Origin: Calditrichia bacterium
GTDB lineage: Bacteria > Calditrichota > Calditrichia > JAJRVZ01
DNA length: 34,157 bases
NCBI GenBank assembly: GCA_023132435.1
Contig: JAGLYF010000052.1
Coordinates: 1-34,157, forward strand
Direction: 5' to 3'
The stretch's first letter is position 1; the number at the start of each line of letters is the position of its first letter. Below, piece after piece: positions 1 through 9,832 of the stretch. Below the pieces are notes generated by a model, which was given only the letters and a program-made list of their open reading frames with translations, was not told the DNA's origin and ran no database searches. The translations under genes were made by a program, and so were the position numbers.

Positions 1-277
1 TAAAACCAAACAGTATCGGATCAATAATTGGTCAGTTTAAATCAGTCTGTACAAAAAAAATTCGGAACAGAGGATTTAGATATTTCAAATGGCAGAATCG
101 ATACTATAATCACATTATTAGAAATGAAAAAGAATTACACAAAATAAGATCCTATATCAGGTTAAATCCTAAAAGGTGGTAAATATCATAGAACTCCAAA
201 CTGACATTATTTGGATTTTATTTTTGTCTGGTGTAACATTAAAAATAATTATTTTATTAAACAAACAGGTAACGAAA

Positions 278-1141
278 TTGAAAATTCTGAGATTAATTAT
301 AACACTATCGATCATTGTATTTTTGAGCCAGTGCGCGGATTTGATGAAAATAGTTCAAAAAGGAAGTATTGAGAAACCCGATGTTCGAATCAGCAAAACT
401 AAACTGACCGGACTCTCATTTGATCAGGCTGATCTGGTATTTGATATTGAGATAAAAAATCCCAATCCAATTAGCATTAGCCTGGCAGGATTTGATTATG
501 ATTTGCTCTTAAATAATAATTCTTTTCTTAAAGGAGATCAAAATAGACAGATGGAAATTAAAGCGAATGATATCGCTACGATTCAATTACCCTTATCTTT
601 ACTTTATGAAAATATCTATAGGACATATCAAAGTTTAAAGAATGAAGACAATATAACCTACTCCTTAAAAACAGGATTATCTTTTGATCTTCCTGTCCTT
701 GGAACAGTCAGAATCCCTGTATCAGCTTCTGGTGATATTCCCACACTGAAACTACCGGCCATCAGTTTACAATCTATCAAATTGAAAAGATTAACCCTCA
801 CCGGAGCCGAATTAGATTTGGCAATTGGAATCAATAATCCAAACAGCTGGGGATTGATTATAAATACTCTGCAATATGGATTAACCATCAATCAAGCCAA
901 ATGGGTAGATGGTCATACTGCTGAGAAAACAAACATTAGTGGTAAGAATGAGAATACGCTCCATATCCCCTTTACACTAAACTTCTTACAGATAGGAGCT
1001 TCCATTTATCAGGAAATCAGCAGTGGGCGAAGATTGAATTATCAATTTAGCGGTGAGGTAAATTTGTCCAGTTCTCTTGAGATGCTCGGCCAGTTTAATT
1101 TGCCTTTTGATCTCTCTGGTAAAATAGATCTGACCCAATAA
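278..1141 (+). CDS. LEA14-like (LEA_2/WHy) tandem-domain lipoprotein
   Basis: The ORF track begins at 176, but an in-frame TTG at 278 gives MKILRLIITLSIIVFLSQC, a classic lipoprotein signal with an LSQC lipobox, and is preceded by AGGT. The body has two roughly 120-aa units resembling LEA_2/WHy repeats (VRISKTKLTGLSFDQADLVFDIEIKNPNP..G.DYDL..NN). Family assignment is from memory of the motif. Confidence 0.5.
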   Translation: MKILRLIITLSIIVFLSQCADLMKIVQKGSIEKPDVRISKTKLTGLSFDQADLVFDIEIKNPNPISISLAGFDYDLLLNNNSFLKGDQNRQMEIKANDIATIQLPLSLLYENIYRTYQSLKNEDNITYSLKTGLSFDLPVLGTVRIPVSASGDIPTLKLPAISLQSIKLKRLTLTGAELDLAIGINNPNSWGLIINTLQYGLTINQAKWVDGHTAEKTNISGKNENTLHIPFTLNFLQIGASIYQEISSGRRLNYQFSGEVNLSSSLEMLGQFNLPFDLSGKIDLTQ

Positions 1142-1313
1142 GCAAAACAATGCGAATTTAGTTACTAACTTGAATAATTCAAGAAAATTCATGAATTAAT
1201 CAGGCCAATAAGATGTTAACAAATAAAATAATTTTTCTTTACTTCCCTCACAAAAATTTCTATAATTAACAATTGTTGTACAATCCTAATCATATTTTTA
1301 TTTCTCTATCCGG

Positions 1314-1991
1314 GTGAATATGAATCTTCGATTATTTTCTTCTATTATAATCTTTTCATTTCTGATCTTTCATTCGACACTTAATGCCCAGGGATTAACT
1401 GAACCCTTGAAAAGAGGACAATTCGAGACAGGTTATTCACACTACTGGTATCATGGTGAATTTTACCGGAGCTCCGTAAATCATTCTAACGATGACTGGT
1501 GGAGCAATGGCACACTCTATTTCAGACTTGGTTTATATGATATCATTACCGTTTCAGTGGAAGGGATGGTATGGCCCGTCAATTCTTCGAATAATTATCC
1601 GGGTGGATCATTTTTGAACTATGCACTGGGAATTGGCCTTTCTTCGCCCTCAATCCAATTATTATTTTTAGAATTATTTTTACATATGCATTACCTGGAA
1701 AACCTGTATCTGGACCGGTCAGAGCAAAAATCTGACAAACGTTTCCGGAACTTACTGTTCGGAATTCCCATTCGTTTTAAGATCGTTAAGAGTTTTACCA
1801 TCTGGTTGGCACCGGTATATGTCTGGAATGAATCTGAATATTTTGAAGATCAAACGTACTCCAGATCATTAAAGTCACCTGGTGTCTCGATCGGACTGGA
1901 TGCTTTGCTTTTCGAACATTTCTATCTGAATTTCAACACCATATACACAGATTATTTTCAACCTCATATCATTGCTGGTTATCGTTTTTAA
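1314..1991 (+). CDS. hypothetical outer-membrane beta-barrel protein
   Basis: N-terminal signal peptide (MNMNLRLFSSIIIFSFLIFHSTLNA-QG), a beta-rich body with alternating aromatic residues, and a C-terminal ...AGYRF ending in Phe, typical of OM barrels. Confidence 0.45.
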   Translation: MNMNLRLFSSIIIFSFLIFHSTLNAQGLTEPLKRGQFETGYSHYWYHGEFYRSSVNHSNDDWWSNGTLYFRLGLYDIITVSVEGMVWPVNSSNNYPGGSFLNYALGIGLSSPSIQLLFLELFLHMHYLENLYLDRSEQKSDKRFRNLLFGIPIRFKIVKSFTIWLAPVYVWNESEYFEDQTYSRSLKSPGVSIGLDALLFEHFYLNFNTIYTDYFQPHIIAGYRF

Positions 1992-2022
1992 GAGGGTTAA
2001 TTGTTGGAAGTGATTTTTTATC

Positions 2023-2277
2023 ATGGAAAAAGAATATAAACCAACCTGGGATTATTTTGAACTACTATTATTTATTCTGGGATGGTTGGGATTATTTTTA
2101 TTTCTGATGGCCTTGATATTTGCTCATCATGTCGGATTGATTTCTGCCCTGAAAGTCTCTCTCGGATATTGGGTATTTATCGTCATAATATTTATATCGA
2201 TTTTTTTTATTAATATGTTATATTTACTCCTTCAAAAAACCCTACAATTTATAAAAAGAGTGAAAAATACGGAGTGA
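2023..2277 (+). CDS. small two-TM membrane protein, hypothetical
   Basis: 84-aa ORF with two hydrophobic helices and no recognisable family. Confidence 0.3.
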   Translation: MEKEYKPTWDYFELLLFILGWLGLFLFLMALIFAHHVGLISALKVSLGYWVFIVIIFISIFFINMLYLLLQKTLQFIKRVKNTE

Positions 2278-2492
2278 AGAAGAAGAGAGAATTTTGAAGG
2301 GATTGGAATAACGGAATTGTTGTTCCTGCCCCTATTGTCATTCCTGAAAATATTCGTCTGCGAAAACTTGTAGCATGAAATTATAGATTTCTGTAGTTTC
2401 TATTATATGTGGGTAATGTTTGATCTCATTTTTTAACGATATCTTATTTTAAACTTTATTTTTTATTGGATTCAGATGAGGAGAATTATCAA

Positions 2493-3344
2493 ATGAGTGG
2501 AAATATACCTGTACTTTTTGTTGAGGGTGATAGTCTGGCTGAAGCCTGGGAGAAATCTGTCATAAGTGTATATAACGAAGGATGTGATATCAAAACTGAA
2601 TATGACAAAGCAGATGATCCGCCCAGTAAAGATTGCAGTATGACGATCGTCGTCAAAAATCCTCTGGCAGAGCCCATGATCCATCGGGATTTTCCGGGTG
2701 GATTTAATGACCTGCAAGAATATGTTTTAGAAGTCCTGGATGGCATTAAAGATCATCTGATAAGAAAGTCTGCTGATGATATAGAGGATACACGGTGGGA
2801 ATATACTTATCACCAAAGATTATTTAAATATGCTATACCAGGTATGAAAGAAATCTATGACCAGATTGAAATGATGTCGCAAAAGTTAGCTGAAACACCC
2901 TATTCCCGCCGGGCTCAGGCGATTACCTGGAAAGTATGGGAAGACAATTTTTGCCATGATCCGGCCTGTTTACAGAGTATCTGGTGCAGATTATTGCAGG
3001 GAGAGAATGCGGACCAATGGTATTTAAACACAAATATCAGATTTCGTTCTAACGACGCTTATAAAGCAGCATTTATGAATATGTTCGCTTTCATTCAACT
3101 ACAACTGAAAATCGCAGAAAGTATTTCTAAGCATTCAGATAAAGAAATATTGTTAGGACGATATGTTCACCAGGCAGATAGCTACCATATCTATGGCTCA
3201 TACTTTAGAGAATTCAAGGAACGATTTATTAAAGCATTAGAAACCAGATCTTTTGAAGAACGAACCTATAGATATGCAGATATGAAGATGTTGATGGATG
3301 AAGCCATTCCGGATATTCTTGAAAAAGCATCCAAAATGAAATGA
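2493..3344 (+). CDS. thymidylate synthase-fold protein (divergent, archaeal-type ThyA or dNMP hydroxymethylase-like)
   Basis: Track ORF starts with TTG at 2466. The ATG at 2493 is preceded by GAGGAG. Motifs match the ThyA superfamily: RRAQAITWKVWEDN (the R-R..SAWN region), PACLQSIWC (the catalytic-Cys P-C-H region) and RFRSNDAYKAAFMNMFAFIQLQ (the RS.D...G.PFNIASYALL region). The N-terminal VLFVEGDSLAEAWEKSV resembles the methanogen-type TS N-terminus. Confidence 0.55.
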   Translation: MSGNIPVLFVEGDSLAEAWEKSVISVYNEGCDIKTEYDKADDPPSKDCSMTIVVKNPLAEPMIHRDFPGGFNDLQEYVLEVLDGIKDHLIRKSADDIEDTRWEYTYHQRLFKYAIPGMKEIYDQIEMMSQKLAETPYSRRAQAITWKVWEDNFCHDPACLQSIWCRLLQGENADQWYLNTNIRFRSNDAYKAAFMNMFAFIQLQLKIAESISKHSDKEILLGRYVHQADSYHIYGSYFREFKERFIKALETRSFEERTYRYADMKMLMDEAIPDILEKASKMK

Positions 3345-3369
3345 TTACAATAAAGGCAAAATTTATAAA

Positions 3370-4428
3370 ATGATGGAAGATATAGGATTTAATTCCTGGT
3401 TTAAAGAAAGAATGGACCACGGCAAAACTGATAATTTTCAGATAGCCCGTATTATAGCGGTTAACAAAGACAACTTTCTAATTAGAAATGAAAAATCTGA
3501 AGTAATCGCCGAACTAACCGGCAGGTTATTATTTCAGGCTGAATCGCCATTGGATTATCCAACAGTTGGCGATTGGGTCTATGTTCAGTATTTTAATAAT
3601 AATTCTTTTGCGGTTATTGACGAAATTTTTCCAAGAAAAACAGTATTGAGACGGAAGACATCCGGAAAAAAAATAGAGTTTCAATTGATCGCTGCCAATA
3701 TTGACATTGCAATGATTATCCAATCGCTTGATACTAACTATAATCTCAGAAGATTAGAACGGTATTTAGCGATGATCAATGAGGGTAATATCCAGCCCTT
3801 CGTATTGTTAAGTAAAAGTGATCTTTTATCCCCATCCGAAGTGAATGAAAAAATATCGGAAATACATACTTTAATGCCAGATATTAAATTATTGGCTTTT
3901 AGCAATCTGCATAAATCTGGAATAGCTAAATTTAAAGATATAATCGAATCAGGGAAAACCTATTGCTTTCTTGGATCATCTGGCGTTGGTAAAACAACAT
4001 TGCTAAATAATCTTATCGGTGAAGAACTTTATAAGACACAAACTATCAGTGAAAAAACCAATAAGGGAAGACACGCAACTACCAGCCGCCAATTACATAT
4101 TCTCAAAAGTGGTGCAATGATCGTTGATACACCAGGGATGCGTGAATTAGGTAATATTGCGGTAGAATCTGGCCTGGATCAGACATTTGATGAAATAACA
4201 AGTTTAACTGACCAATGTCGGTTTAATAATTGTACCCATACCAATGAGGATGGATGTGCAGTGTTGGATGCCTTAACAGACGGTACAATATCCAGGAAAC
4301 GTTATGACAGCTACCTAAAAATGCATAAAGAATCAGCTTACTATAATATGTCCTATCTTGAGAAAAGACAGAAAGATAAAAAATTTGGAAAAATGTATAA
4401 ATCAGTCATGAAACGTAAAGTAAAATAA
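3370..4428 (+). CDS. rsgA: ribosome small-subunit-dependent GTPase A
   Basis: N-terminal OB region, a circularly permuted GTPase (G4 LSKSD, G1 GSSGVGKTTLLN, G3 DTPG) and a C-terminal zinc knuckle CRFNNCTHTNEDGC. Confidence 0.9.
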   Translation: MMEDIGFNSWFKERMDHGKTDNFQIARIIAVNKDNFLIRNEKSEVIAELTGRLLFQAESPLDYPTVGDWVYVQYFNNNSFAVIDEIFPRKTVLRRKTSGKKIEFQLIAANIDIAMIIQSLDTNYNLRRLERYLAMINEGNIQPFVLLSKSDLLSPSEVNEKISEIHTLMPDIKLLAFSNLHKSGIAKFKDIIESGKTYCFLGSSGVGKTTLLNNLIGEELYKTQTISEKTNKGRHATTSRQLHILKSGAMIVDTPGMRELGNIAVESGLDQTFDEITSLTDQCRFNNCTHTNEDGCAVLDALTDGTISRKRYDSYLKMHKESAYYNMSYLEKRQKDKKFGKMYKSVMKRKVK

Positions 4429-4441
4429 TAAGGAGCATATC

Positions 4442-7372
4442 ATGAAGTTTAGAGTCGTTATTTCGATCATCGTCTTTATACTAATTTCTCAATTTATCTC
4501 CTGTTCTAAGACAGAAATTGTACAAAGTGGTAAATATAGTTATGAAACGGTCAAAGGAGATCCATTGAAGGCCCGAATATATACACTTGATAACGGACTC
4601 AAGGTATATATGACCGTATACAAAGACGCGCCACGTATTCAGGCCATGATACCAATACGTGTTGGCAGCAAAAATGATCCGGCAGAATCCACCGGTCTCG
4701 CTCACTATCTCGAACACTTGTTATTCAAGGGTACCAATAAATATAGTACCAGCGATTTTGAGAAAGAAAAGCCTTTTCTCGACGAAGTTGTTCAACTTTA
4801 TGAACAACACCGGCAGGAGACAGACTCCCTCACTCGCAGAGCAATTTATGCAAAAATTGACAGTGCTTCATATGCCGCTTCCAAATATGCGATTGCCGCA
4901 GAATACGATAAAATGCTTTCCGTAATTGGGGCCCGGGGTACGAATGCCTTCACCGGAAATGATCTTACCTGTTATATAAATGATATCCCGGCCAATAATA
5001 TCCGACAATGGTTAGAAATTGAATCTGAACGATTTCGCAATCCTGTTTTCCGTGGGTTTCATACCGAACTGGAAGTTGTTTATGAAGAAAAAAACCGGGC
5101 CCTGGACAGCGATCGGAGAAAACAACGTGAAGCTCTTTACGCAGAGCTCTGGCCTACCCATCCCTACGGTACACAATCAACCCTTGGAACGGTGGAACAT
5201 TTGAAAAATCCATCGATCAAAAATGTCTATGATTACTATTACACCTACTATGTCCCAAATAACATGGCAATTTGTCTATCCGGAGATTTTGATCCGGATT
5301 CAATGATTGTCATGATCGATGAGACCTTTGGTAAACTGGAACGAAAAGAAGTACCAAAATGGACTCCACCGGTAGAGAAGCCAATCTCAGAACCGGTCAT
5401 CAAAGAAGTGATCGGACCGGACATGGAGAGCGTGGTTATTGGATTCCGATTTCCCGGTGTTAAATCGGATGAAGCAGAACTACTCCTGATAACAGACTGG
5501 TTGATGATGAATGGCGTAGCCGGTATTATCGATTTGAATCTGAAGCAGAAACAAATGGTGATCGGACCTTATAGTGGCACCAATATTCTAACCGATTATT
5601 CAGGGCATTTCTTTGGCGGTCGTCCCCGTGAAGGTCAGTCGTTGGAAGATGTGAAAGACTTATTGCTGGCACAGGTTGATTCCCTTAAGGCAGGTGCATT
5701 CCCCGATTGGCTCCCTGGCGCCGCTGTAAAAAATTTAAAATTAAACGAAATTAGAGGATATGAACAAAATTGGGGCCGGGCAGACGATTTCATGATGACC
5801 TTTATAAATCAGCAAAAATGGGAAGATGTCGTCCATAAATGGGATTATAGGGAGAATATTACCAAGCAGGATATCATCGAATTTGCCAATAAATACTACG
5901 GCGATAACTATGTGGTGGTGTATAAGCGAACCGGTGAAGATCCAAATGTCATCAAAATCCAAAAACCACCGATTACCCCTGTTGAACTGAATCGTGATAA
6001 GCAATCAACCTTTGTAAAAGATATTGAGGAAATGGAAGCACCAGACATCCAACCGGTTTTTATCGATTACGATAGAGATCTAAAACATCTGAAGATGAAA
6101 AAGGATATCCCAATATTGTATAAGAAAAATGAAGAGAATGATCTTTTTTCGATGCATTATATTGCCGAGTTGGGAAATAATCATAACAATAAACTCGGTG
6201 TGGCCCTGGAGTATCTTACCTATCTGGGAACATCAAAATACACGCCGGAGGAGTTCAAACAGGAACTGTATAAATTAGGCTGCTCGTTTGGCGTGCGGTC
6301 TTCTGAGGACCGGCTACGTGTTTATTTTTCCGGTCTGAATGAAAGTTTCGATAAAGGATTTGAACTGTTCGAGCATCTCCTGGCAGACGCTCAGCCCAAT
6401 CAGGAAGCGCTTGATAATCTGGTAACTGATATTCTAAAAAAGCGTGCTGATGCCAAATTAAACAAAGGGACAATTCTTTTCCGAGCCATGTATAGCTATG
6501 GTGTCCACGGTGAAAAATCACCGTATCGAAATATCCTATCCGAGAACGAGTTAAAATATCTTACCCCGGATGAACTTATCGATCTTGTCAGGCAACTTAC
6601 TAAATTTGAACATAGAATATTATATTACGGTCCACTTAGTGAAACTCAGCTGATTGAAAAACTAAACCAGCATCACTATGTGCCGGATACATTTGCACCC
6701 ATTCCTGAGCCGGTAGAATTCACTCAATTACCAACGACCAGAAATCAGGTCTATGTTTGTCACTACGACATGAAGCAGGTTGAAATCATCATGCTTTCCA
6801 AAAGTGTACCATATAATCGTGAAAATATTGCTGTACGAACCTTATTTAATGAATATTACGGTGGCAATATGTCATCTGTTGTTTTTCAGACATTACGTGA
6901 ATCACAAGCCCTGGCCTATTCGGTACGGAGTTCATACCGATCACCTTCCAGACCCGAGGAAGCTCATTATATTTATGCTTACATAGGGGCACAAGCAGAT
7001 AAGAGTGAGGAAGCGCTTTCAGGACTGTTAGTACTCCTTAATGAAATGGCAGAGTCAGATAATTCATTTGCGGATTCAAAAAATGCGATCGTTAAAAAAA
7101 TACAGACAGAACGAGTTACTAAAAAAGCGATTTTATGGCGGTATGAAAATGATAAACGGATGGGTAATGACAAATATGATATTCGAGAGGATATTTACAA
7201 ACAAGTGCCCGATATGACAATGGACGATGTCCGGAAATTTTTTGATTACTATATTAAAGACAAAAAATTTACATTTCTTGTACTCGGAGATACTAATAAA
7301 CTGGACTTCAACATTTTAAAAAAGTTTGGCACTATAAAACATCTTCGTTTAGAAGAAGTATTTGGCTATTGA
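4442..7372 (+). CDS. M16 (pitrilysin/insulinase) family zinc peptidase, two-unit, lipoprotein
   Basis: AAGGAG lies 7 nt upstream. The signal plus lipobox is ISQFISCSK. An inverted zinc motif HxxEH is present (AHYLEHLLFKG). The 976-aa length fits tandem active and inactive M16 halves. Confidence 0.9.
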   Translation: MKFRVVISIIVFILISQFISCSKTEIVQSGKYSYETVKGDPLKARIYTLDNGLKVYMTVYKDAPRIQAMIPIRVGSKNDPAESTGLAHYLEHLLFKGTNKYSTSDFEKEKPFLDEVVQLYEQHRQETDSLTRRAIYAKIDSASYAASKYAIAAEYDKMLSVIGARGTNAFTGNDLTCYINDIPANNIRQWLEIESERFRNPVFRGFHTELEVVYEEKNRALDSDRRKQREALYAELWPTHPYGTQSTLGTVEHLKNPSIKNVYDYYYTYYVPNNMAICLSGDFDPDSMIVMIDETFGKLERKEVPKWTPPVEKPISEPVIKEVIGPDMESVVIGFRFPGVKSDEAELLLITDWLMMNGVAGIIDLNLKQKQMVIGPYSGTNILTDYSGHFFGGRPREGQSLEDVKDLLLAQVDSLKAGAFPDWLPGAAVKNLKLNEIRGYEQNWGRADDFMMTFINQQKWEDVVHKWDYRENITKQDIIEFANKYYGDNYVVVYKRTGEDPNVIKIQKPPITPVELNRDKQSTFVKDIEEMEAPDIQPVFIDYDRDLKHLKMKKDIPILYKKNEENDLFSMHYIAELGNNHNNKLGVALEYLTYLGTSKYTPEEFKQELYKLGCSFGVRSSEDRLRVYFSGLNESFDKGFELFEHLLADAQPNQEALDNLVTDILKKRADAKLNKGTILFRAMYSYGVHGEKSPYRNILSENELKYLTPDELIDLVRQLTKFEHRILYYGPLSETQLIEKLNQHHYVPDTFAPIPEPVEFTQLPTTRNQVYVCHYDMKQVEIIMLSKSVPYNRENIAVRTLFNEYYGGNMSSVVFQTLRESQALAYSVRSSYRSPSRPEEAHYIYAYIGAQADKSEEALSGLLVLLNEMAESDNSFADSKNAIVKKIQTERVTKKAILWRYENDKRMGNDKYDIREDIYKQVPDMTMDDVRKFFDYYIKDKKFTFLVLGDTNKLDFNILKKFGTIKHLRLEEVFGY

Positions 7373-7415
7373 GTACCTTGTCAGGTAATCTAATCATCTT
7401 AACGGCGGTTAGAAA

Positions 7416-7889
7416 ATGACACATATAAAAAAGAAATCTCTATATTTCGATATTGATGGTACGATTCTTGATGAATCTACCAAAGCAGTAAAAAAGAATC
7501 TCCAAAATGGCCAGCTCGAACTAAAAATCAGAGAAGCTAATTTCGACGAGATTCTCTGCGTGGGAAACGTGAATGATATCTTTCAAGGTCTTGAGGATAT
7601 GGGACAACAGGTTGATGGTGTAGAAATTATCTATACCCTTTGTTTTGATGCGTTTACCGATTTTGACTGGTTTGGGAGTAATGTTTATTGTATAAAAAAT
7701 CCGGATCAGCGGATTAAACAGATTGACTTTAGTGGGGATTGGTGGTATATGGATGATTTAGCTGACCGATATCTCGGAAATGGTGGGAAAAATGAAATTC
7801 TTAAACAACAGAAAGGAAATAGAATTTTTATCCCAAGTCCCAGTGGCGACGGACAAGATATCATTACCTGGCTCGAAACCATTTTCTGA
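7416..7889 (+). CDS. hypothetical protein with HAD-like DxDGT motif
   Basis: N-terminal LYFDIDGTILDE resembles HAD motif I. The rest (157 aa) does not clearly match HAD motifs II-IV. Confidence 0.35.
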   Translation: MTHIKKKSLYFDIDGTILDESTKAVKKNLQNGQLELKIREANFDEILCVGNVNDIFQGLEDMGQQVDGVEIIYTLCFDAFTDFDWFGSNVYCIKNPDQRIKQIDFSGDWWYMDDLADRYLGNGGKNEILKQQKGNRIFIPSPSGDGQDIITWLETIF

Positions 7890-7945
7890 CCATACCCGTT
7901 TACAACCCTCGTTAGCCACATTGTTTAAACTTAAGGAGGATTCTA

Positions 7946-8128
7946 ATGGTTGAGCAAAATTGTGAAAATTGTAATTTTCGTGTAAAGTATGATAACAACC
8001 CAAAGTCTTTTTTGGGGCGATTATGGCATTGGCATGCGACCTGGTGTCCCGGCTGGAAATCATATATGAAATCATTATCAGATGTGGAGAGAATTAAACT
8101 TGCGGAGCACTATAAACTTAAGAAGTAA
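7946..8128 (+). CDS. small Cys/Trp-rich protein (C-x2-C ... WHWHATWCPGW)
   Basis: Strong RBS AAGGAGGA lies 6 nt upstream. The 60-aa product has a CENC pair and a Trp/His-rich WHWHATWCPGW segment. I do not recognise the family. Confidence 0.4.
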   Translation: MVEQNCENCNFRVKYDNNPKSFLGRLWHWHATWCPGWKSYMKSLSDVERIKLAEHYKLKK

Positions 8129-8324
8129 ATTTCTTGCCTTTTAGATTATACCCGTTTATTTTTACAATATCTTCCGTGCTGATTGTTCTTGGACTGATTC
8201 TATAAGATGGAAATCATCAACTTTTCTGAAAAATATGCTAAAAATTACTTTATGTGTCTCGAGGACTGGTCGGAAAAAATGAAGGAAGCAGGAGACCATA
8301 AAGAAGTATGGTTCAACTAAAGGA

Positions 8325-8870
8325 ATGGTAATGGATACGGTTAAAAAAAGCATCGTTAAATCTCTGGACGGATTAGAGTTAGGATTACTGCCCTATTTGT
8401 CTTATCTGCTGCAAGATCTATGGGAGATTGGTGCATCTCCGGATATTATAATTGATATCATCAAAAAGCACGCCATTTTGAAAAAAGAGTCAAGAATTCT
8501 TGACCTGGGGTGTGGTAAAGGAGCGGTTTTGATCAAATTGGTGAAAGAGTTTGGATGCCAGGCTTATGGTATCGATGCTCTTCCGGAGTTTATAGAGGAG
8601 GCAAAAAACTATGCTAAAAAGAATAAAGTCTTACAAAAATGTAAGTTTGAGGTCGGTGATATAAGAAGGGTGGCCGATCATCTACAGGGTTATAATTTGG
8701 TCATTCTTGGTTCCATAGGACCTGTTTTTGGAGATGTAAAATCCACTTTGTTAAAAGTGCAAACTTGTATTAATGATGATGGGTATATCATCCTGGATGA
8801 TGGCTATTTATTTGATTCCAGTACACTGAATAGCCCAGTCTACTTTAAAGAAACAGAGATTTTAGACTAA
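8325..8870 (+). CDS. class I SAM-dependent methyltransferase
   Basis: Motif I ILDLGCGKGAVL, followed by an acidic residue (GIDAL) and a post-II region. Confidence 0.7.
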   Translation: MVMDTVKKSIVKSLDGLELGLLPYLSYLLQDLWEIGASPDIIIDIIKKHAILKKESRILDLGCGKGAVLIKLVKEFGCQAYGIDALPEFIEEAKNYAKKNKVLQKCKFEVGDIRRVADHLQGYNLVILGSIGPVFGDVKSTLLKVQTCINDDGYIILDDGYLFDSSTLNSPVYFKETEILD

Positions 8871-8876
8871 ATCGAA

Positions 8877-9113
8877 TTGGCAAATATGGAAATCATTGAA
8901 AAAAAATTGATGGACCCGGGTTATTTCAAAAAATCAAATAAACATATCTATAATAGTATTAGCAAACGTGTTACAGAATTGATAGCAAAATATCCCGAAG
9001 ATCAATCAATATTTAAGGAATATTTAAAATCACAGGAGGAGGAAAATGCCCTTCTTGAGAACCATATTGCCTGCGTAACCTGGTTATTAAAAAAGAAAAC
9101 AGATCAATCTTAA
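8877..9113 (+). CDS. hypothetical small protein
   Basis: 78-aa ORF with a TTG start. An ATG at 8886 is an alternative start. No family recognised. Confidence 0.3.
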   Translation: MANMEIIEKKLMDPGYFKKSNKHIYNSISKRVTELIAKYPEDQSIFKEYLKSQEEENALLENHIACVTWLLKKKTDQS

Positions 9114-9218
9114 AAATTATTTTAAACTGACTTGAATTGGCCAATTCTGTTGAGTACTTTTATGGAGCAAATTATCATCTATCGGATCAATAATATGTTT
9201 AAAAAGGAAGTTTAATTC

Positions 9219-9608
9219 ATGCCAAAATCCTTTGTTATATCCGTTCTTAAAGATGATTACAAAGTATGCCGTCTGAATGCATTCGAAGGCATACCTGAAT
9301 GGGTGTTAGAAACGCCCTTGTCATCAATTACCCGTACAGCAGAGGAACTCTCCATTGTTTGTCCCAATCAGGTAGCGCCTGAACAATTGAAAAGTGAACA
9401 GGAATGGAAATGTTTAAAAGTTCATGGACCGCTGAGACTTGATGAGGTGGGAATTATCTCTAGCCTGACAAAAGTTTTGGCTGATGCCGAGATCAGTGTA
9501 TTTGTTCTTTCCACTTTTGAAACTGATTATATTCTCGTAAAGAGAATGAACCTGGAAAAAGCTGCCAAAGTTCTTGCCGATAACGGTCATGAAATATTTT
9601 TTGATTAG
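9219..9608 (+). CDS. ACT-domain protein
   Basis: The C-terminal half (LKVHGPLRLDEVGIISSLTKVLADAEISVFVLSTFETDYILV) has the beta-alpha-beta-beta-alpha-beta ACT pattern. RBS AAGGAAG is present. Confidence 0.5.
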   Translation: MPKSFVISVLKDDYKVCRLNAFEGIPEWVLETPLSSITRTAEELSIVCPNQVAPEQLKSEQEWKCLKVHGPLRLDEVGIISSLTKVLADAEISVFVLSTFETDYILVKRMNLEKAAKVLADNGHEIFFD

Positions 9609-9832
9609 ATGATGAAAAAAATTGAATTGATTTTAGAAGTTATTTTAACCCGGAGGTAACAATTAACTTCGGTTCTTGATCAAACTAACTATCCACGAAT
9701 TACTTTGCGTCTAGGCACCTCTGCGAAAGATATTTATGATTTTTTACAGCATTAAATATAGAAAACAGATAAATATCCTTTATTTGTATTTATCCTGTTA
9801 ATCCTGTTAATCCTGTCAAATTTCATATGATA

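Noticed and set aside
176-277. Upstream extension of the LEA-like ORF (MVNIIELQTD...)
   Set aside because: The extension has no RBS and buries the obvious lipoprotein signal peptide. The TTG at 278, with an upstream AGGT, gives a canonical signal plus lipobox.
4481-7173. Multiple short ORFs on both strands within the M16 peptidase gene
   Set aside because: All are nested in a 976-aa ORF with clear HxxEH family motifs, and none has an RBS.
7706-8075. Two minus-strand ORFs (71 and 105 aa) antisense to 7416..7889 and 7946..8128
   Set aside because: The plus-strand ORFs have better start contexts, notably AAGGAGGA before 7946, and fit the local plus-strand gene run. The antisense ORFs lack an RBS.
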